Assembly: GCF_037042905.1 (NCBI RefSeq)
Contig: NC_087261.1
Coordinates: forward strand, 6,200,001 to 6,264,000
Origin: Lytechinus pictus
Lineage: Eukaryota
Direction of reading: 5' to 3'
Length of the DNA stretch: 64,000 nucleotides
Part shown: positions 60,398-64,000 of the stretch, in pieces
How positions within the stretch are numbered: position 1 is the stretch's first letter
Layout of the letters: each line of letters starts with the position of its first letter
The notes under the pieces: generated by a model
Told to the model about the DNA's origin: nothing
Database searches by the model: none
Seen by the model: only the letters and a program-made list of their open reading frames with translations
Translations under genes and position numbers: made by a program

Positions 60398-60777
60398 TAC
60401 CCCTTTCATAAACCCATCCTCCAATTAGCCGCCTAAGAGTAATGCCGATAATTCAATGAAAATTGCGTTCACAAACTCTGAAAATAATCCGCACTATTTT
60501 TACGAGCGCCCGTCCTGAAAAAGGCGGATAATCGTCATGGCAACCGCACTCGCCCCCTCCGATGCGGTTGTGTTGGAAAAGGGTGACCTTGTGACCGCAC
60601 CATGGCAATTATCCGCATTACTTTGAAATGCGTTCATAAAGTCAAAATCTGGTCCCGATGCCGCTATTATGCGTATAATTGCAGCATCAAAATAATGCGG
60701 ATAACTCTGGTCCTCCTCCGATTTTACGACCAAATTATGCTGCTATTAGCTGCAAAATTGGGTTTATGAAAGGGGTA
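60398..60777. mobile_element. PIF/Harbinger-type MITE (380 bp)
   Basis: TAA|tacccctttcataaaccca ... tgggtttatgaaaggggta|TAA; perfect 19-bp TIR. Confidence 0.85.
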
Positions 60778-61673
60778 TAAGATACACAAGATATATAAAA
60801 TTATTGCAGTTAACATTTCAAATTTTATCTGAGAGATAAATTGTCATCTCAGAATACCAATTTCATTTTAAAAGATAGAATAAATTATGTTAAAGATGAA
60901 ATGACCTATAAAGAATTGATGTTTTTCCAGATGATATAACTTTGCCTTTCCTATTCCTTTATTTTCATAGACATGTGATTGAAAAATATGTTTTTCATGT
61001 TGAAGATTCATGACAGCAATCACGATATATGCAATTTTGAGGTCAAAGAATTTTCTCTTCTATTTTTTACGTAATGTGGCCATGATAGATTCATAGTATT
61101 GTGTATTTGTGATTTTTCTTGGTTTTCTTACATCAAAGCTCTATAAAAAAAGATACAGAGCTAATGTCAGTAACATGTATGTGATAAACTGGAATTTCAG
61201 TAAAATTATTTCATATCATTGAATAGGTAATGGAAAAAATAATGAAAATATTAAATCCAAATTAGAATTTATTCTATTTCTCTGTTTTCCTCTTTTTTTT
61301 CTTGATGGTTCACTTTCCTATTTTTTCCTAGTTATTTTTGTTCCGTTTTCCATTTGATTTTTTCCATCCCCTATATTTTCCCTCCTTTTTCTTTTTTCTC
61401 CTTCTCTGTTCCTCTCTTTCATTCTATCTTCCATCTTTCCATTCTCTCTTTTGCTTTCTTCCCCCTTTCTCTGTTTCACTTTCTTTTTCCCTCCCTCTCT
61501 CATTTCTTTGAGGTTTGATCTTTTCTTATTATTATCATCCCCTTTTTACAGAATAAACCCTCAACCTTTTTTTGTTTTCAGCCTGGACAATCTATTGCAA
61601 CATAAGTCCTGTCCCAACGAATTGGTTCACTTTTGTGAATCAAAGCAGTATGGCCAGATTCATCCTCATTATA

Positions 61674-62622
61674 CAGTGCGTATCAAAAAAATGTTTACAC
61701 TTAGAAAAAATACTGTAAATTTTTACATTTGTAATATCCTGAAGATTTTTCCACATTTTAACATTGGTACAGATCTATTTAAGCAAATGACGATGTAACT
61801 GTCGAAAAATATTTCCGCTTGAGTGAGCACCACTTACTTTTTAATAGTTGTGCGAATAAAAGTAGACCTTAATCATGAAGCACACGTTGAATTTAGCTAG
61901 TAAAATTGATTTGAAGATATCTTTAACCTTTTTAACTTGTTTCCTTGCCCAAAACACTTCGAAGAGTGCATTGCGCCCCACCCCACTCCCCCACACACCG
62001 AGGCCATCGTGACGATATTTGCTTTACACTGAGCTGTGATTTACATGAAATGGCTTAGGCTTGATTTTCATTTTGTTAATCATTGTCAAGCTTGGAAAAA
62101 GTGTGGAGAAACAAGTATTAAATGAAAAATGAAATGTAAACCCACTTTAAATGATAAAAACTTAGTGAAAAATGCTGGAGATGTCTGATATAAACTTTTG
62201 TTCAGATTTAGTGATGTCCTCAGATCCAGCTGGCACAAAAAGGGTAAAGGTTGTGCTTACTAAGTGTTGAAATTTCAATTTTGGTGGCAAAATTGTTACA
62301 AAATGCTTGAATGTATCCATTTATTACAATTGACAAAAAGTGCAGTGGGAAATGTATGAGATATGTTTCGAAGGGTAAGTTTGATTTCGCCCTTTCCCCT
62401 TGACACAGCATGAAAACGAGCATTTCTGCGCAAACAGATTTCTGCGAGCTTTACAAAAATGGACAGTGCTTACTCAGGTGTAACATTCTGTCAAAACTTT
62501 TACTTTCATTGGATAGATGAGACCCAAACCCAAGATTTTATGTGAAAAAATTACCCACATGTTGTATATTTTTTAATTCCCAGGGCTTTTTCAAAGTGTA
62601 AACTTTTTTTTTATACGCACTG
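61674..62622. mobile_element. Non-autonomous Tc1/mariner element (949 bp)
   Basis: TA|cagtgcgtatcaaaaaaatgtttacactt ... aagtgtaaactttttttttatacgcactg|TA; no transposase ORF. Confidence 0.85.
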
Positions 62623-64000
62623 TAGAGTTCATTTGGGGCAGTATATTCAGATTAATAATTAAAAACCCCATGCTAGTAGGTAATTTCATGCTGCTCTTAA
62701 TAATTCATTTTTAACGAGGAAAAAAATGACATTGTGGCACTACTGAATAAGTAATTCATATATTAGTTTTTCATGATTTGCCTCACTTAATGATTTAAAA
62801 AGTTTTAGTGAGATAAATTTCCCCTCTCAATCATCAATTGTGCATTTAAATTACATTTAGATGAGTATCATTAATTTCCCGATTTGATTACAAGTAGAGA
62901 GAGCCCCGTCATAGGATGAGATGGGACGCATGCAGCCCTTTTAAGCGATCATTTTAGGGCTAAACCTAAAGTAAGTAATATGTCTCCAAGAAAATGAAAA
63001 AAGTGTGGATATGATAAAACAAATATGACTAACCATTTAAATCTTTTAATGTTTTTTTCAGTTACTATATGGAACATAAGAATGTTATTTATTTATTAAC
63101 ATAACTTATTCAGATTCATTATTCATTTGACCAATATGAAAAGCACAGGTACAATCCAGTGAAGAAAGTGATATAATAAGAGTGAGGTAAACATGTAAAC
63201 TGTGGGAGTGGCAAGTGGGTCAGGGGCTCTTCTTAGGAGCCTGGAAAACTGTCATGTTTGCATTATTTTTTATACTGTACACATCACCAGCTTTATGGTG
63301 TGCTCTGTGCAGGGCAGTTATAAATGATATCCCATTTAGTTTCACTATATAGTTGCACAATGCTAATTGCCGTTCTCCAGATGTGATATTTTTCTCATAC
63401 AACGTATATCGTCCCTTCTTAGAAAAATATTGTTTAATCATGACAAATAATTTAAATGATCTATTAAGAACCCCATTTCCTGCGATGAGAGATATAATTC
63501 ACTTAAGATAAACTTTGTTTGATATTCTTGTTCAGTCTTTCCATATGGAGGTGATCTGTCAATAACTGCTTTTATGCAATGAGAAATAAGACCCCATTTT
63601 CATCTACATGTACTTCTTAAACTAGTTTAGTGGTCACCAGTTTAGCGTGTAATGGGAATGCCGAAGCGGTCTTTGAAGCGATCTTAAGTGGTATTCCAAA
63701 ACAGTTTCGAAAGCCACCTCGTGATGTAGGTTTTCAGCTGGTTTAAGTGTGGTGAGGACACAACTGTTCTTCGGGAAGCGATCTTCATAGGGAATTATGA
63801 GAGTGTGTGCACGTTGGGCACGTCCGTACACACTGTATATAGAATGCCTACACTAGTTTCAAATTTTTTTAAAAACAGGTGACTTTACTGAGAGTATTCC
63901 CACAACAACAAGACCACTTTACATGAAGTTGCTCTGGAAACTAGTTCAGGAGATGGAGATGAGGATGCTAGCAAAGTGATCTTCTGAACTGGTTTCCTTA

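Noticed and set aside
63610-64000. 65-aa minus-strand ORF at the window end
   Set aside because: No recognisable protein or splice sites; recurring gaagcgatct and aaactagtt motifs suggest a repeat cut by the window edge.

Overview
This is eukaryotic, AT-rich, intron- and transposon-rich DNA. Its repeat families look echinoid (sea-urchin-like); that assignment is inference. Most of the window is the interior of one + strand laminin alpha-1/alpha-2-type gene. I traced 43 coding exons from 4449 to 52821, all GT-AG and phase-compatible, totalling 6135 nt (about 2045 codons) with no stop. They encode the end of L4a, the LEb repeats, L4b, the LEc repeats, a ~570-aa coiled coil, LG1-LG3, the LG3-LG4 linker and the start of LG4. 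The 5' part of the gene lies upstream of the window, and I found no further laminin exon in the last 11 kb. The introns hold a full-length Tc1 (DD34E) transposon with an intact ORF, a 5-kb non-coding piggyBac-like element, many MITEs (piggyBac-, Kolobok-, Harbinger-, hAT-, Sola- and Tc1-type ends), two Helentron-associated (HINE/pearl/Tsp-like) tandem-array elements, tRNA-derived SINEs, a 76-bp TTAGGG-containing minisatellite, simple repeats and two N gaps. I cannot demonstrate a wholly new biological system. The best leads are: (i) two uORFs made by tandem duplication of the Tc1 start region; (ii) matching exon sizes and phases in the two short-arm modules; (iii) an RKRR furin site and an RGDSP motif in LG3, and loss of the LG1 cysteines; (iv) a transposon-borne array of DR1 nuclear-receptor sites; (v) strong TACATGTA enrichment.
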